Below the pieces are notes generated by a model. The model was not told the DNA's origin and did not search any database. It worked only from the letters and a program-made list of their open reading frames with translations. Source: an uncultured Eubacteriales bacterium (GTDB lineage Bacteria > Bacillota > Clostridia > Christensenellales > Aristaeellaceae). From it: a stretch of DNA of 64,000 bases. The stretch lies in contig CADAPM010000019.1 of NCBI GenBank assembly GCA_902789795.1, forward strand, positions 803 to 64,802. The letters are read 5' to 3'. Positions 36,705 to 47,199 of this stretch are shown in pieces. The first letter of the stretch is position 1. Every line of letters begins with the position of its first letter. Made by a program: the position numbers and the translations under genes.

Positions 36705-38234
36705 ATGGAGTATGTCATTGGTGTGGACTTGGGCACATCCGGCACGAAGACCGTCCTGTTTGACCGCGAGGGAAGGTCGGTAGCGGCCAGCACGGTGGAA
36801 TATCCCCTGTACCAGCCCTATAACGGCTGGGCGGAACAGGAGCCTGAGGACTGGGTGAACGCGGCGTTCACCACGATCCGCGACGTACTGGAGCAGAGCA
36901 AGGTCGATCCCGCGGACATCGCGGGACTGTCCCTGTCCGGCCAGATGCACGGCCTCGTTCTGACGGACGAGTTCGGCAAGGCCCTGGGCCGCTCCATCAT
37001 CTGGTGCGACAACCGCACCATCGAGAGCTGCGACGAGTTCACCCGCCTGGTGGGCGGGCGCGAGGAGCTGATCCGCATCAGCGCGAATCCGGCCCTGACC
37101 GGCTTTACCGCCGGCAAGGTGCTGTGGACGCGGGAGCATCTGCCCGAGGTGTGGGCCAAGGCCTACCGCATCCAGCTGCCCAAGGATTATTTGCGCCTGC
37201 GCCTGACCGGCGAATACTATATGGAGATGAGCGACGCCTCCGGCACAAACCTCCTGGATGTGCCGAACCGCTGCTGGTCCAAGGAGATCGCGGAGCGCAC
37301 CGGGATCCCCATGAGCCTGCTGCCGCCGCTGCTGGAAAGCTGTGACGTGGCGGGCCACATCACCGAGGAAGCCGCCCGGATCACCGGCCTCAGGGCGGGC
37401 ATGCCCGTGGTCGCCGGCGCGGGCGATAACATGGCCGCGGCCATCGGCACCGGCGTGGTGGAGCGCGGCAAGGCCTTCACCACCATCGGCACCAGCGGCG
37501 TGGTCTTCGCGCACTCGGATACGGTGCAGATCGACCCCCAGGGCCGCGTGCATACCTTCTGCGCGGCGGTGCCGGGCTGCTATACCGTCATGAGCGCGTC
37601 CCTGGCGGCGGGCCTGAGCCTCAAATGGTGCCGGGACCGCTTCTTCCAGGCGGAGGTGCAGGCGGCGGAGGACATGGGCACGGATTCCTATGTGCTTATG
37701 AACCAGGAAGCGGCCAGGAGCCCCATCGGCGCGAACCGGCTGATCTTCCTGCCCTATCTGATGGGCGAGCGCTCCCCGCTGCTGGATCCCGAAGCCCGCG
37801 GCGCGTTCATCGGCCTCTCCGCCATGCACACGCGGCGCGACATCGTGCGCAGCGTCATGGAGGGCGTCATGTACTCCCAGTGGCAGAACCTGAACGTCCT
37901 GCGCGGCATGCACGTGGCGCCGGACGCCATGCTGGCCTGCGGCGGCGGCGCCAAGAGCCCCTTCTGGCGGCAGATGATGGCGGACATGTACGATATGCCC
38001 GTCTCCACCCTGCAGAACACCGAAGGTCCCGCCCTGGGCGCGGCGATTCTGGCGGGCGTCGGCACCGGGCTCTTCCCGGACATCCCCACGGCCTGCCACC
38101 AGCTGCTCAAGGAGAGCGACCCGGTGCTCCCGGACGCGGGACGCCACGCGCAGTACGAGAAGTTCTTTGACCTGTATCAGAAGCTTTATCCGGCTCTGAA
38201 GGTGTCCTACCACGAGCTGGCCAACATTGAGTAA
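36705..38234 (+). CDS. xylB: FGGY-family carbohydrate kinase, xylulokinase-like
   Basis: GVDLGTSGTKTVLFD, GWAEQEPEDWV, GAGDNMAAAIGTG and GGGAKSPFWRQMMAD. Confidence 0.75.
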   Translation: MEYVIGVDLGTSGTKTVLFDREGRSVAASTVEYPLYQPYNGWAEQEPEDWVNAAFTTIRDVLEQSKVDPADIAGLSLSGQMHGLVLTDEFGKALGRSIIWCDNRTIESCDEFTRLVGGREELIRISANPALTGFTAGKVLWTREHLPEVWAKAYRIQLPKDYLRLRLTGEYYMEMSDASGTNLLDVPNRCWSKEIAERTGIPMSLLPPLLESCDVAGHITEEAARITGLRAGMPVVAGAGDNMAAAIGTGVVERGKAFTTIGTSGVVFAHSDTVQIDPQGRVHTFCAAVPGCYTVMSASLAAGLSLKWCRDRFFQAEVQAAEDMGTDSYVLMNQEAARSPIGANRLIFLPYLMGERSPLLDPEARGAFIGLSAMHTRRDIVRSVMEGVMYSQWQNLNVLRGMHVAPDAMLACGGGAKSPFWRQMMADMYDMPVSTLQNTEGPALGAAILAGVGTGLFPDIPTACHQLLKESDPVLPDAGRHAQYEKFFDLYQKLYPALKVSYHELANIE

Positions 38235-38250
38235 GGAGGAAAGCTGGACT

Positions 38251-38904
38251 ATGAAGATCCTTCCTGTGACCGATCCCGCGTTCGCGCCCTACGGACGTGT
38301 GGTCGAGGGCTATCCGGTGGCCGGGCTGCTGGAGGCGCTTGAAAAGCACACCCCCTGCCCGGAAGAGGGCACGGTGTACTTCCCGAAGGTCGATGCCCTG
38401 CACGCCGCGCCGGACGCCGCGCAGATCGGCGACGACCTGTTCGGCGGCATGCCCTTTGAATTTGGCTGCTGCAACGGCCGCAACACGAAGCTCAACTGCC
38501 TGGAGTATCACCGCGACAGCGAGTTCAACCTGGGCACGGAGGACTTTATCCTGCTGCTGGCCAAGATGGACGATATCGTGGACGGCGTGCTGGACACCGC
38601 GAAGGCCAAGGCCTTCTTCGTGCCCAAGGGCGTCCTGGTCGAGGTCTACGCCACCACGCTGCATTACGCGCCCTGCCACAATGATCCTAAAAAGGGCTTC
38701 CGCGTGCTGGTGGGCCTGCCGGCTGGCACCAACACGGATTACCGCCCCGGCACCGGCAAAAACACGCTGGACAAAGCCCTCTGGGCGCGCAACAAGTGGC
38801 TGCTGGCCCATCCCGAAAGCGGCGAGGCCGCCGAAGGCGCTTACGTTGGATTAAAGGGCGTCAACCTGGACATCCGGGCGGACATCCCTTACTCAAAACA
38901 TTAA
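38251..38904 (+). CDS. DUF4867-like protein (from recollection of the family; function unknown)
   Basis: 217 aa with start ATG 38251 after AAGGAGGA. As I recall, it is conserved as a neighbour of FGGY kinases and fucose-isomerase-like genes in Clostridia. Confidence 0.5.
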   Translation: MKILPVTDPAFAPYGRVVEGYPVAGLLEALEKHTPCPEEGTVYFPKVDALHAAPDAAQIGDDLFGGMPFEFGCCNGRNTKLNCLEYHRDSEFNLGTEDFILLLAKMDDIVDGVLDTAKAKAFFVPKGVLVEVYATTLHYAPCHNDPKKGFRVLVGLPAGTNTDYRPGTGKNTLDKALWARNKWLLAHPESGEAAEGAYVGLKGVNLDIRADIPYSKH

Positions 38905-38917
38905 GGAGGAAATCGTT

Positions 38918-40310
38918 ATGCTGACCAATATCCCGGAAGTCAAACTGGGCATCATCGCCGTATCCCGTGACTGTTTCCCCATCGCGCTGAGTGAGAAGCG
39001 CCGCGCCGCCATCAAGGCTGCCTACAAGGGCGAGCTCTATGAGTGCCCCGTGACCGTCGAGAACGAGCTGGATATGTGCAAGGCCGTTCAGGACGTCAAC
39101 GCTGCCGGCTGCAACGCGCTGGTGGTCTTCCTGGGCAACTTCGGTCCCGAGACCCCCGAGACCCTGATCGCGAAGTACTTCGACGGCCCCTGCATGTTCG
39201 TGGCGGCGGCCGAGGGCGACGGCGACATGATCAACGGCCGCGGCGACGCCTACTGCGGCATGCTCAACTGCTCCTATAACCTGGGCATGCGTCACCTGAA
39301 GGGCTATATCCCCGAGTATCCCGTGGGCACTGCCGAGGACATCGCGAAGATGATCTGCGACTTCGTGCCCGTGGCCCGCGCCATCATCGGCGTCAAGAAC
39401 CTGAAGATCATCACCTTCGGCCCGCGTCCCCAGGACTTCTTCGCCTGCAACGCCCCCATCAAGGGCCTGTACGAGCTGGGCGTGGAGATCGAGGAGAACT
39501 CCGAGCTGGACCTGCTGGTGTCCTACAAGGCGCACGCGGGCGACAAGCGCATCCCCGAGGTCGCCGAGGATGGAAAAGCACAAGGGCGCCCGCAAGTATG
39601 TGGCCTTCGCCGACAAGTGCTGGCCTGCTTTCCCGGAGCAGTTCGGCTTTGAGCCCTGCTATGTCAACTCCCGTCTCGCCAGCCGCGGCATCCCGGTCTC
39701 CTGCGAGGTCGATATCTACGGCGCGCTGAGCGAATACATCGGCGCCTGCGTATCCGGCGATGCCATCACCCTGCTCGACATCAACAACAGCGTGCCGCAG
39801 TACATCTATGACGAGGACATCAAGGGCAAGTATGAGTGCGCGCTGGAGGAGACCTTCATGGGCTTCCACTGCGGCAACACCCCGTCCTGCAAGATGTGCT
39901 CCGACCGCGCCATCAAGTACCAGCTGATCCAGCACCGCCTGCTGGAGCCGGCGGGCAGCGATCCGGACTTCACCCGCGGCACCCTGGAGGGCGACATCGC
40001 GGCGGGCGACATCACCTTCTACCGCCTGCAGTGCGACAGCGAGGGCGTGCTCCGCTCCTACATCGCCCAGGGCGATATCCTGGACGTCCCGACCCGCTCC
40101 TTCGGCGGCATTGCCGTCTTCCGTATCCCGGAAATGGGCCGCTTCTACCGCCACGTGCTGATCCAGAAGCGCTATCCGCACCACGGCGCGGTGGCCTTCG
40201 GCCATGTGGGCAAGTACCTGTATGAGGTCTTCAAGTTCCTGGGCGTGCAGGACATCGCCTACAACCAGCCCAAGACCCTGCCCTATCCGACGGAGAACCC
40301 CTTCGCCTGA
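38918..40310 (+). pseudogene. L-fucose/L-arabinose isomerase-family gene split by a +1 frameshift near 39566-39570
   Basis: ORF1 (38918-39652) loses family-like sequence after ..DKRIPEVAE. ORF2 (39570-40310), in the +1 frame, resumes with MEKHKGARKYVAFADKCWPAFPEQFGFEPCYVNS.. The junction reads GAG GA|ATG GAA. Confidence 0.65.
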
Positions 40311-40330
40311 TAAGCGGCGAGCGTAGCTAA

Positions 40331-40441
40331 GTAGGAAGTAGGAGTTAGGAAGTAGGAAGTAAATAGTGTTCATCAGATGGCGCATGAAACATCGTCTGAT
40401 GGAGTAGAATTACTTCCTACTTCCTCCTTTCTACTTCCTAC
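40331..40441 (+). repeat. ~110-bp nested palindromic element (copy E2) built from polypurine SD-like repeats; probably also acts as a terminator
   Basis: The left arm is GTAGGAAGTAGGAGTTAGGAAGTAGGAAGTAA (40331-40362). The right arm is TTACTTCCTACTTCCTCCTTTCTACTTCCTAC (40410-40441), about 27/32 complementary. An inner hairpin is CATCAGA/TCTGATG. A T-rich run follows. Confidence 0.7.
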
Positions 40442-40482
40442 TTTGTTTTTTCTTCCCGTTTCTTATTTGTGAGGATAAACAC

Positions 40483-41334
40483 ATGAAAAAAGCCCTGATC
40501 CTTGAGGGCGGCGCGATGCGCGGCATGTTCACCTGCGGGGTGATCGACGTGCTGATGGAGCACGGGATCACCTTTGAAGCAGCGGCGGGGATCTCCGCGG
40601 GGGCCGTGTTCGGGTGCAATTTCAAGTCCCGGCAGATCGGGCGGCCCATCCGCTACAACAAGAAATACTGTGCGGACCCGCGCTATTGCAGTCTCAGGTC
40701 GCTGATCATGACCGGGGATCTGTACGGCGCGGATTTCTGCTACCGTGAGCTGCCGGACGTGCTGGACGTGTTCGACCGCCAGGCTTATCGGGAGAACCCG
40801 ATGCACTTTTACGCTGGGGCCACCGATCTGGAAACGGGGCAGTGCCTGTTCCGCGACTGTTTGGACGGCGGGGCGGACGATATGACCTGGTTCCGCGCCT
40901 CTGCGTCCATGCCGATGGTCTCCCGGCCGGTGGAGTTTGAGGGCAGGCGGCTGCTGGACGGCGGCATTTCGGATGCTGTGCCCTACCGGTATATGGAGGG
41001 GCTCGGCTACGACCACAACGTAATCGTGCTGACCCAGCCGAAGGGCTACCGCAAGCAGCCCGCCTTCGGCATGGGCCTGATCCGCCTCCTGTTCCGGCGC
41101 TACCCGAAGCTGATTGAGGCGATGGCCCACCGGCACGAGATGTACAACCGACAGATGGAGGAGCTCGACCAGCGGGAGGCCACCGGCCAGTCCCTGGTCG
41201 TCCGCCCGCCGGAGGCCCTGAACATCGGCCACACGGAAAAGGATCCGCAGGAGCTGGAGCGCGTCTATCAGATCGGCCGCGCGGAGTCGGAAAAACGCCT
41301 GGAGGAGATTGAGCGGTACCTCGGGAATGCCTGA
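40483..41334 (+). CDS. patatin-like phospholipase
   Basis: LEGGAMRGMFTCGV (GxGxxG-type), GISAGAV (GxSxG) and a DGG motif. Confidence 0.8.
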   Translation: MKKALILEGGAMRGMFTCGVIDVLMEHGITFEAAAGISAGAVFGCNFKSRQIGRPIRYNKKYCADPRYCSLRSLIMTGDLYGADFCYRELPDVLDVFDRQAYRENPMHFYAGATDLETGQCLFRDCLDGGADDMTWFRASASMPMVSRPVEFEGRRLLDGGISDAVPYRYMEGLGYDHNVIVLTQPKGYRKQPAFGMGLIRLLFRRYPKLIEAMAHRHEMYNRQMEELDQREATGQSLVVRPPEALNIGHTEKDPQELERVYQIGRAESEKRLEEIERYLGNA

Positions 41335-41382
41335 TCCGGGCTGACTTTTCAACATTGGGTAAGATAATACGCAAGATGGAGA

Positions 41383-41892
41383 ATGGGAATGCGCCTGACA
41401 ACACTGTGCTATATTGAGAAAGACGGCTGCTGGCTGATGATGCACCGCGTGAAGAAGCGGCAGGACGAGAACGCGGGCAAGTGGATCGGCATCGGCGGCC
41501 ATCTGGAGGAGAACGAAGCGCCGGAGGAGTGCGTGCTGCGCGAGATCCGGGAGGAGACGGGCCTCGGCGTGACGGACCTGCGCCTGCGCGGCTTGATCAC
41601 CTTCATCCTGCCGGACTGGGGGAACGAGCTGACCTTCCTGTACACCGCCCGCACGTCGGAACAGGTGCCCGCCGACCGCCTGGACGGCCCGGAGGGCGTC
41701 CTGCGCTGGGTGCCCATCCCGGAGGTGGACGGCCTGTCCCTCTGGGAGGGCGACCGCGTCTTCCTGCCCCTGCTGCGGGAGCGGGAGGACTGCTACTCCC
41801 TGAAGCTGACCTACCTCCCCGGCGGCGCGCTGGCCGGAGCGGCTCTTGACGGAGCGCCCCTGAAAGGATGGGACCCCGCTGATGCGCATTGA
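41383..41892 (+). CDS. NUDIX hydrolase (MutT-like)
   Basis: Nudix box GIGGHLEENEAPEECVLREIREETGL. Confidence 0.8.
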   Translation: MGMRLTTLCYIEKDGCWLMMHRVKKRQDENAGKWIGIGGHLEENEAPEECVLREIREETGLGVTDLRLRGLITFILPDWGNELTFLYTARTSEQVPADRLDGPEGVLRWVPIPEVDGLSLWEGDRVFLPLLREREDCYSLKLTYLPGGALAGAALDGAPLKGWDPADAH

Positions 41893-42394
41893 AACGGAAC
41901 GCCTGGTCGTCACCGACCTGACCCCGGAGATGGCCGAGGCGGTGCACCTGAACTCCCTGGATGAGGACGTCCGGCGCTTTGTGCCCGACGAGGTGTTTGA
42001 GACGCCCGAGATCGCCCGGCAGGCGGTGGATGATCTCATCAACTGCTATGCTACCGATGAGGGACCCTTCGTATACGCGGTGCTGCTGAAGCAGACCGGC
42101 GAGAACATCGGCTATGTCCAGCTCGTCGCTGTCCCGGAAGGCTGGGAGATCGGCTATCACATCGCGAAACGGTATACAGGCCAAGGATATGCGACCGAGG
42201 CATTGCGGGCATTCCTGCCTGTCATCTCCGATATGCGCAGCGCAAAAACAATCGAGGGCATCTGCCTGGCGGACAACGCCGCTTCAGCGCGGGTGCTGGA
42301 AAAGTGCGGGTTCAGGCCGATCTATCGCGGATCGGGCAGCTATCAGGGAAAGATACGGGAGATCATCCATACCCAATGGACGGCGCCGGAGTGA
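41882..42394 (+). CDS. GNAT-family N-acetyltransferase (RimJ/RimL-like)
   Basis: IETERLVV..., IGYHIAKRYTGQGYATEALRAF, and NAASARVLEKCGF. Confidence 0.75.
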   Translation: MRIETERLVVTDLTPEMAEAVHLNSLDEDVRRFVPDEVFETPEIARQAVDDLINCYATDEGPFVYAVLLKQTGENIGYVQLVAVPEGWEIGYHIAKRYTGQGYATEALRAFLPVISDMRSAKTIEGICLADNAASARVLEKCGFRPIYRGSGSYQGKIREIIHTQWTAPE

Positions 42395-42461
42395 AGAAGG
42401 AACATTTGACTGTATAAAAACGCAATTATCAATAATCAATCGACATAACACATCAGAAAAA

Positions 42462-42504
42462 CAGCCCTCATCTGCCATCGGCGGCGGATGAGGGCTGCTT
42501 TTCG
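42462..42504. terminator. bidirectional intrinsic terminator (GNAT gene / iolE)
   Basis: 11-bp stem CAGCCCTCATC/GATGAGGGCTG, flanked by an A-run and CTTTTC. Confidence 0.7.
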
Positions 42505-42531
42505 ATCAGTAATGGGAGAAGAAAGCGGCGA

Positions 42532-43428
42532 TCAGAGGCCGGTTTGCTCCCGGATATACTTTCGCGCCTTGAGGGCGTACTCGAAGGGGTTTGCCTTGGC
42601 AGGATCCTGCTCGGCTTCGACCACAACCCAGCCTTCGTAGCCGGCTTCTTCCAGGGTCCGGAATATGGGGCCGAAGTCCACGTCTCCGTCTCCGGGCACG
42701 GTGAAGACGCCGTTGCGCACCGCGGTCAGGAAGCTCCAGCCCTCGCGCCGGGCCTGGTCGCGTACCGCCAGGCGGACGTCCTTCAGGTGCACATGTTTGA
42801 TGCGGTGGACGTACTTCTTCAGGATGGGCAGCGGATCGATGCCGGCGAAGGTCAAGTGGCCGCTGTCGAAGAGCAGGAACACCTTTTCGGGGTCCACGAC
42901 GCTCATGAAGGTGTCGATCTCCTCCGCGGTCTGCACGCCGGTGCCCATGTGGTGGTGGCAGGTCAGGGTCATGCCCTTTTCCTGGGCCAGGGCGCCCATC
43001 TCGTTGTAGCCGCGGGCGATCAGTTCCCACTGCTCGGGGGTGTAGACGGGCTTCTGGTCGCCGAAGATGTTGATGTCCTTGCCCTGGATGGAGTTGCCCT
43101 GCTCGGACGCGCCGATCACCTTGGCTCCCAGGGCGTGCAGACGGTCGCGGTGGGCGATGAAGTTGCGGATGGTGACCTCATAGGGCTCGCTGGTGAAGAG
43201 GGAGGAGAACCAGGCGTTGCAGATTTGCAGCCCGCGCACGTCCAGCTTGTGCTTGAGCACCGCAACGTCCTGGGGGTACTTGTTGCCGATCTCGCTGCCC
43301 TTGAAGCCCGCCAGCGCCATCTCGCTGACGCACTGCTCAAAGGTGTTTTCCTTGCCCAGGTCGGGCATGTCGTCGTTGGTCCAGCCGATGGGCGCGATGG
43401 CCAGTTTTACTTTGTTGGGATCCAGCAT
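42532..43428 (-). CDS. iolE: myo-inosose-2 dehydratase
   Basis: Start ATG 43428 (SD GGAGGA). [18 protein letters not shown] is a typical IolE N-terminus, and the protein has a TIM-barrel xylose-isomerase-like fold. Confidence 0.85.
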   Translation of the reverse strand: MLDPNKVKLAIAPIGWTNDDMPDLGKENTFEQCVSEMALAGFKGSEIGNKYPQDVAVLKHKLDVRGLQICNAWFSSLFTSEPYEVTIRNFIAHRDRLHALGAKVIGASEQGNSIQGKDINIFGDQKPVYTPEQWELIARGYNEMGALAQEKGMTLTCHHHMGTGVQTAEEIDTFMSVVDPEKVFLLFDSGHLTFAGIDPLPILKKYVHRIKHVHLKDVRLAVRDQARREGWSFLTAVRNGVFTVPGDGDVDFGPIFRTLEEAGYEGWVVVEAEQDPAKANPFEYALKARKYIREQTGL

Positions 43429-43450
43429 GTTCGTTTTCCTCCGTTCGCTT

Positions 43451-45304
43451 TCAGTATTTTCTGGTTTCACCGATGTGTTTTTCCATGTCGGCATAGGCTT
43501 CCTGCACCCGGGGCTGGGTGCTGACCTCCGCAACGCCGACGCGCCACCAGCTGTCAAAGCCGGGGGTCATGGTGCCGGGGAGCACCTTGATGTCGTACAG
43601 CACGGGTTTGTCCTGCTTGAGGGCGTCTTCGAGGGCGGCTTTCAGCTCCTCCTCGGTGCGGATGGTGTAGGCTTTGAGGCCGTAGCCCTCGGCGTTCTTC
43701 GCGAAGTCCAGGGGCATGATGGGGCCGGTCAGCTCGCCGGTCTTTGGATCCCGGAAGCGGAACACGGTGCCGAAGGTGTCGTTGCCCTGGTTGTTCTGCA
43801 GGTTTTCGATGCAGCCCCAGCCGCTGTTGTCAAAGAGGCAGAAGTGCACCCGCAGGCCCTCCTGCAGGCAGGTGACCAGCTCGCTGTGGGCCATCAGGTA
43901 GGTGCCGTCGCCGAAGAAGGTGTAGACCTCCCGGTCCGGGCAGGCCAGCTTCACGCCCAGGGCGCCGTTGGTCTCGTAGCCCATGTTGGAGAAGCCGTAT
44001 TCCATGTGGTAGGTGTCCCTTTCGCCGGGACGGAACAGGCGCTGCATGTCGCCCGGCAGGCTGCCCGCGCTGCCCACGGCGATGTCTTTGGGGCCCATGA
44101 ACTCGTTGATGATGCCCAGCGCCCGGGTCTGGGGGAGACCCAGCGGGGACTGGGCGTGATAGTAATCGTCCGCGACCTTCAGCCAGTCGGCGCGGGCGGC
44201 CTGGGCTTCGTCAGCGTGGGCGTAATGGTAGCCCGCCAGCGCTTTGGTCAGCCCGTCCAGGCCCTCCCGGGCGTCGCAGAGGATGCCCTCGGCGTTCATC
44301 TTGAAGGCGTCGAAGGGGCAGATGTTCAGGGACACGAACTTCGTGTCCTCCTTGAACAGCCACTTGGAGCAGGTGGTGAAGTCGGTCAGCCGGGTGCCCA
44401 CGGCCAGCACGGCGTCGGCTTGCTGGGCCACGCGGTTGGCGGCCGCGCCGCCGGTTACGCCGATGCCGCCCAGGTTCAGCGGGTGCTGCCAGGAGACGGT
44501 ACCCTTGCCCGCCTGGGTCTCGGCCATGGGGATGCCAGTGGACTCGCAGAAGCGGATCAGGGCGTCCCCGGCCAGGGAGTAGCGCACGCCGCCGCCGCAG
44601 ATGACCAAGGGCCGCTCGGCCTTGCGCAGGATCTCCGCCGCCCGGGCGATCTGGGACGCGGTGGCGGGACGGCGGTCCAGGTGCCAGACCCGCTTTTCCA
44701 GGAAGGAGACGGGGTAGTCGTAGGCCTCGCCCTCCACGTCCTGGGGCATGGCCAGGCACACCGCGCCGGTATCTGCCGGGTCCGTCAGCACGCGCAGGGC
44801 GTGGATGGCGGCGGTCATCAGCTGCTCGGGGCGCTCGATGCGGTCAAAGTAGTGGCACACGCCCTTAAAGGCGTCGGTGACCGTCTGGCCGAAGGAGGTG
44901 AAGAACTCCGCCTGCTGGAGCACCGGGTCGGGCTGGCGGCAGGCAAAGGTATCGCCGGGCAGCAGCAGCAGCGGGATGCGGTTGGCGGTGGCGCAGCCGG
45001 CGGCGGTGACCATGTTCATGGCCCCGGGGCCGATGGAGCTGACGCAGGGGATGATCTCCAGCCGGTTCTTCTGCTTGGCAAAGGCGGTGGCGGCCAGGGC
45101 CATGTTCTGCTCGTTCTTGCCCTGCAAAAAGCGGATCTGGTGCCCGCCCTGGCTCAGGGCCTGGCCCACGCCCACCACGCAGCCGTGGCCGAACACGCCG
45201 AAAATGTTGTTGACGAATTTGTGCTCAGCGCCGTCCAGTTCCACATACTGATTGTCCAGGAAGCGGACCAGCGCCTGGGCCATGGTGAGACGAACCGTTT
45301 TCAT
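43451..45304 (-). CDS. iolD: 3D-(3,5/4)-trihydroxycyclohexane-1,2-dione acylhydrolase (TPP-dependent)
   Basis: 617 aa with the N-terminus [18 protein letters not shown] and the TPP motif GDGTYLM...NSGWGCI. Confidence 0.85.
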   Translation of the reverse strand: MKTVRLTMAQALVRFLDNQYVELDGAEHKFVNNIFGVFGHGCVVGVGQALSQGGHQIRFLQGKNEQNMALAATAFAKQKNRLEIIPCVSSIGPGAMNMVTAAGCATANRIPLLLLPGDTFACRQPDPVLQQAEFFTSFGQTVTDAFKGVCHYFDRIERPEQLMTAAIHALRVLTDPADTGAVCLAMPQDVEGEAYDYPVSFLEKRVWHLDRRPATASQIARAAEILRKAERPLVICGGGVRYSLAGDALIRFCESTGIPMAETQAGKGTVSWQHPLNLGGIGVTGGAAANRVAQQADAVLAVGTRLTDFTTCSKWLFKEDTKFVSLNICPFDAFKMNAEGILCDAREGLDGLTKALAGYHYAHADEAQAARADWLKVADDYYHAQSPLGLPQTRALGIINEFMGPKDIAVGSAGSLPGDMQRLFRPGERDTYHMEYGFSNMGYETNGALGVKLACPDREVYTFFGDGTYLMAHSELVTCLQEGLRVHFCLFDNSGWGCIENLQNNQGNDTFGTVFRFRDPKTGELTGPIMPLDFAKNAEGYGLKAYTIRTEEELKAALEDALKQDKPVLYDIKVLPGTMTPGFDSWWRVGVAEVSTQPRVQEAYADMEKHIGETRKY

Positions 45305-45327
45305 TGGTAGCTCCTCCGTCCTTCAGA

Positions 45328-46137
45328 TCATTTGGGGTCGCCCCAGTAGACGGCGTCCTTGTCCTGCACCCAGAGGTGCTCCTCAATGAACACCGGGCAC
45401 TCGGGCTGCTTGTAGGGGCAGCCCTCCAGGTGGCGGATGCCCCACAAGTACCACAGCGCGTAGCCGGGAGGCGTGCACTGGGGATGGGTGAGGCCGGGAG
45501 CGATGAGCACGGTGTCGTTGTTGTGCACCTTCACCACTTCCTCGCCCAGCTCCGCGTAGGCAAAGCCGTTTTCCGGATTGGTCTTGTAGTAGTAGATCTC
45601 CGGCTGGGGGTGATGGTGGGGCGGATAGCTGCTCCACTTGCCCGGGAAGCCGATGACCTCGCCCAGCACCAGGTTGGCGTAGGGGGCGTTGGAATAATCG
45701 AAAATGGTGCGCACGATGCGGGTGCTGCTCTCCCGCATGGTGCCCTTGCCCCGGTACTCGTCCGGGGTGTCCTCAGGCAGGTACAGGCGGGCGTCAAACT
45801 CCCGCGGGTTGTCCGTGCGCAGCACGTTGATCTCGCAGTCGCCGCTCAGGCAGGTCAGGGTCACGGCGGTCTTTTTGCTCACGTGCAGGGCCGTGGGCGG
45901 CACATCAAAGCAGTTGGCGCGGCTCTCCTCATGGGTGTGGCCCTCCCACTCAAAGCGGACGGTGCCGTACACCAGCAGGTAGGCCTTTTCCAGGGGCAGC
46001 TCGTCGGTCCAGCTCTCGCCCTCGCGCAGGCGCAGGATGCCGAAATCCATCAGCATCTCGCTGTTCTTCCCGCTCATTTCGGTCACGGGCGTGTAGCCGA
46101 AGGGCTGCTCCCTGTTTCCGCGGATATGAGGCTGCAT
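45328..46137 (-). CDS. iolB: 5-deoxy-glucuronate isomerase
   Basis: 269 aa, cupin fold, with GKWSSYPPHHHPQPEIYYYK. Confidence 0.85.
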   Translation of the reverse strand: MQPHIRGNREQPFGYTPVTEMSGKNSEMLMDFGILRLREGESWTDELPLEKAYLLVYGTVRFEWEGHTHEESRANCFDVPPTALHVSKKTAVTLTCLSGDCEINVLRTDNPREFDARLYLPEDTPDEYRGKGTMRESSTRIVRTIFDYSNAPYANLVLGEVIGFPGKWSSYPPHHHPQPEIYYYKTNPENGFAYAELGEEVVKVHNNDTVLIAPGLTHPQCTPPGYALWYLWGIRHLEGCPYKQPECPVFIEEHLWVQDKDAVYWGDPK

Positions 46138-46149
46138 GTCGTTCCCTCC

Positions 46150-47163
46150 TTACAGGATCTCGCTGATCTTGACGGGCCGGTGCTCGTCCAGGGACTTCTT
46201 GGCGGCCTTGGCCAGCACCACGCTCATGAGGCCGGCATGGATGCCCACGGGCACCTCGGTGTCATTCTGCACCGCGTCGATGAACTGGCGCATCTCCTCG
46301 ATGAAGGAGGCCATGTAGCGCTCCAGGAAGAAGAACTGGGGCTTGTCGGACAGGACGCCCTCGGCGGTGGAGAGGCGGACGGTGCTGTCGCCGTCGTTCT
46401 CACCGGCGGCCATGCCCAGGGATCCGAAAGCCTCCACCCGCTGGTCGTAGCCGTAGGCGGCGCGGCGGCTGTTGTCGATGACGCCCAGGGCGCCGTTTTC
46501 AAAGGTCAGGGTCACGATGGCGGTATCCACGTCTCCGGCCTCGCCGATGCGTTTATCCACCAGGCTGGTGCCCATGGCGTAGACCTCGGTCACGTCGCAG
46601 CCCGCCAGGAACATGGCCATATCGAAGTCATGGATCATCATGTCGATGTACAGGCCGCCGGAGGACGCTGCGTATTCGGGAGACGGGGGCTCGGGGTCGC
46701 GGGAGGTGATCTTGATGAGTTCGATATTGCCCAGCTTGCCTTCCCGGGCCAGGCGCTGCACCTTGCCGTGGTTGTGGTCGAAGCGGCGGTTGAAGCCGAT
46801 CTGCAGCTTCCTGCCGGTCTCCTCGGCCACCTGCTGGGTCTTCAGGATCTTCTCGATGGTCAGGTCCACGGGCTTCTCGCAGAACACGTGCTTGCCGGCC
46901 TGCATGGCGGCGATGGCGATATCCGCATGGGTGGGCGTGGGGCTGCAGACCAGCACCGCGTCGATCTCGGGGTCGTTGATGATGTCCATGTAGTCGGCGG
47001 ACCAGGCGGGGATGCCGTATTTTTCCGCCAGGGCCTTGGCGGCCTCCACCTTCACGTCCGTGACGCGCAGGACCTTGGCCTGGGGGATGTGGTAGGTGAT
47101 GGACTGGGCGTGCACGTTGCCGATGCGGCCCGCGCCGACGATGCCGATGTTCAGCTGCTTCAT
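46150..47163 (-). CDS. iolG: myo-inositol 2-dehydrogenase (Gfo/Idh/MocA family)
   Basis: NIGIVGAGRIGNVHA and GKHVFCEKP, supported by the operon context. Confidence 0.8.
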   Translation of the reverse strand: MKQLNIGIVGAGRIGNVHAQSITYHIPQAKVLRVTDVKVEAAKALAEKYGIPAWSADYMDIINDPEIDAVLVCSPTPTHADIAIAAMQAGKHVFCEKPVDLTIEKILKTQQVAEETGRKLQIGFNRRFDHNHGKVQRLAREGKLGNIELIKITSRDPEPPSPEYAASSGGLYIDMMIHDFDMAMFLAGCDVTEVYAMGTSLVDKRIGEAGDVDTAIVTLTFENGALGVIDNSRRAAYGYDQRVEAFGSLGMAAGENDGDSTVRLSTAEGVLSDKPQFFFLERYMASFIEEMRQFIDAVQNDTEVPVGIHAGLMSVVLAKAAKKSLDEHRPVKISEIL

Positions 47164-47199
47164 ATGCGTATCTCCTTTATCCTTTGTTTGGTGTCGGGA

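Noticed and set aside
36513-42042. Minus-strand ORFs (566, 234, 251, 308 and 534 aa) opposite xylB, the DUF4867-like gene, the isomerase, patatin and NUDIX genes
   Set aside because: They have no motifs and biased composition, and every plus-strand partner has recognisable family signatures.
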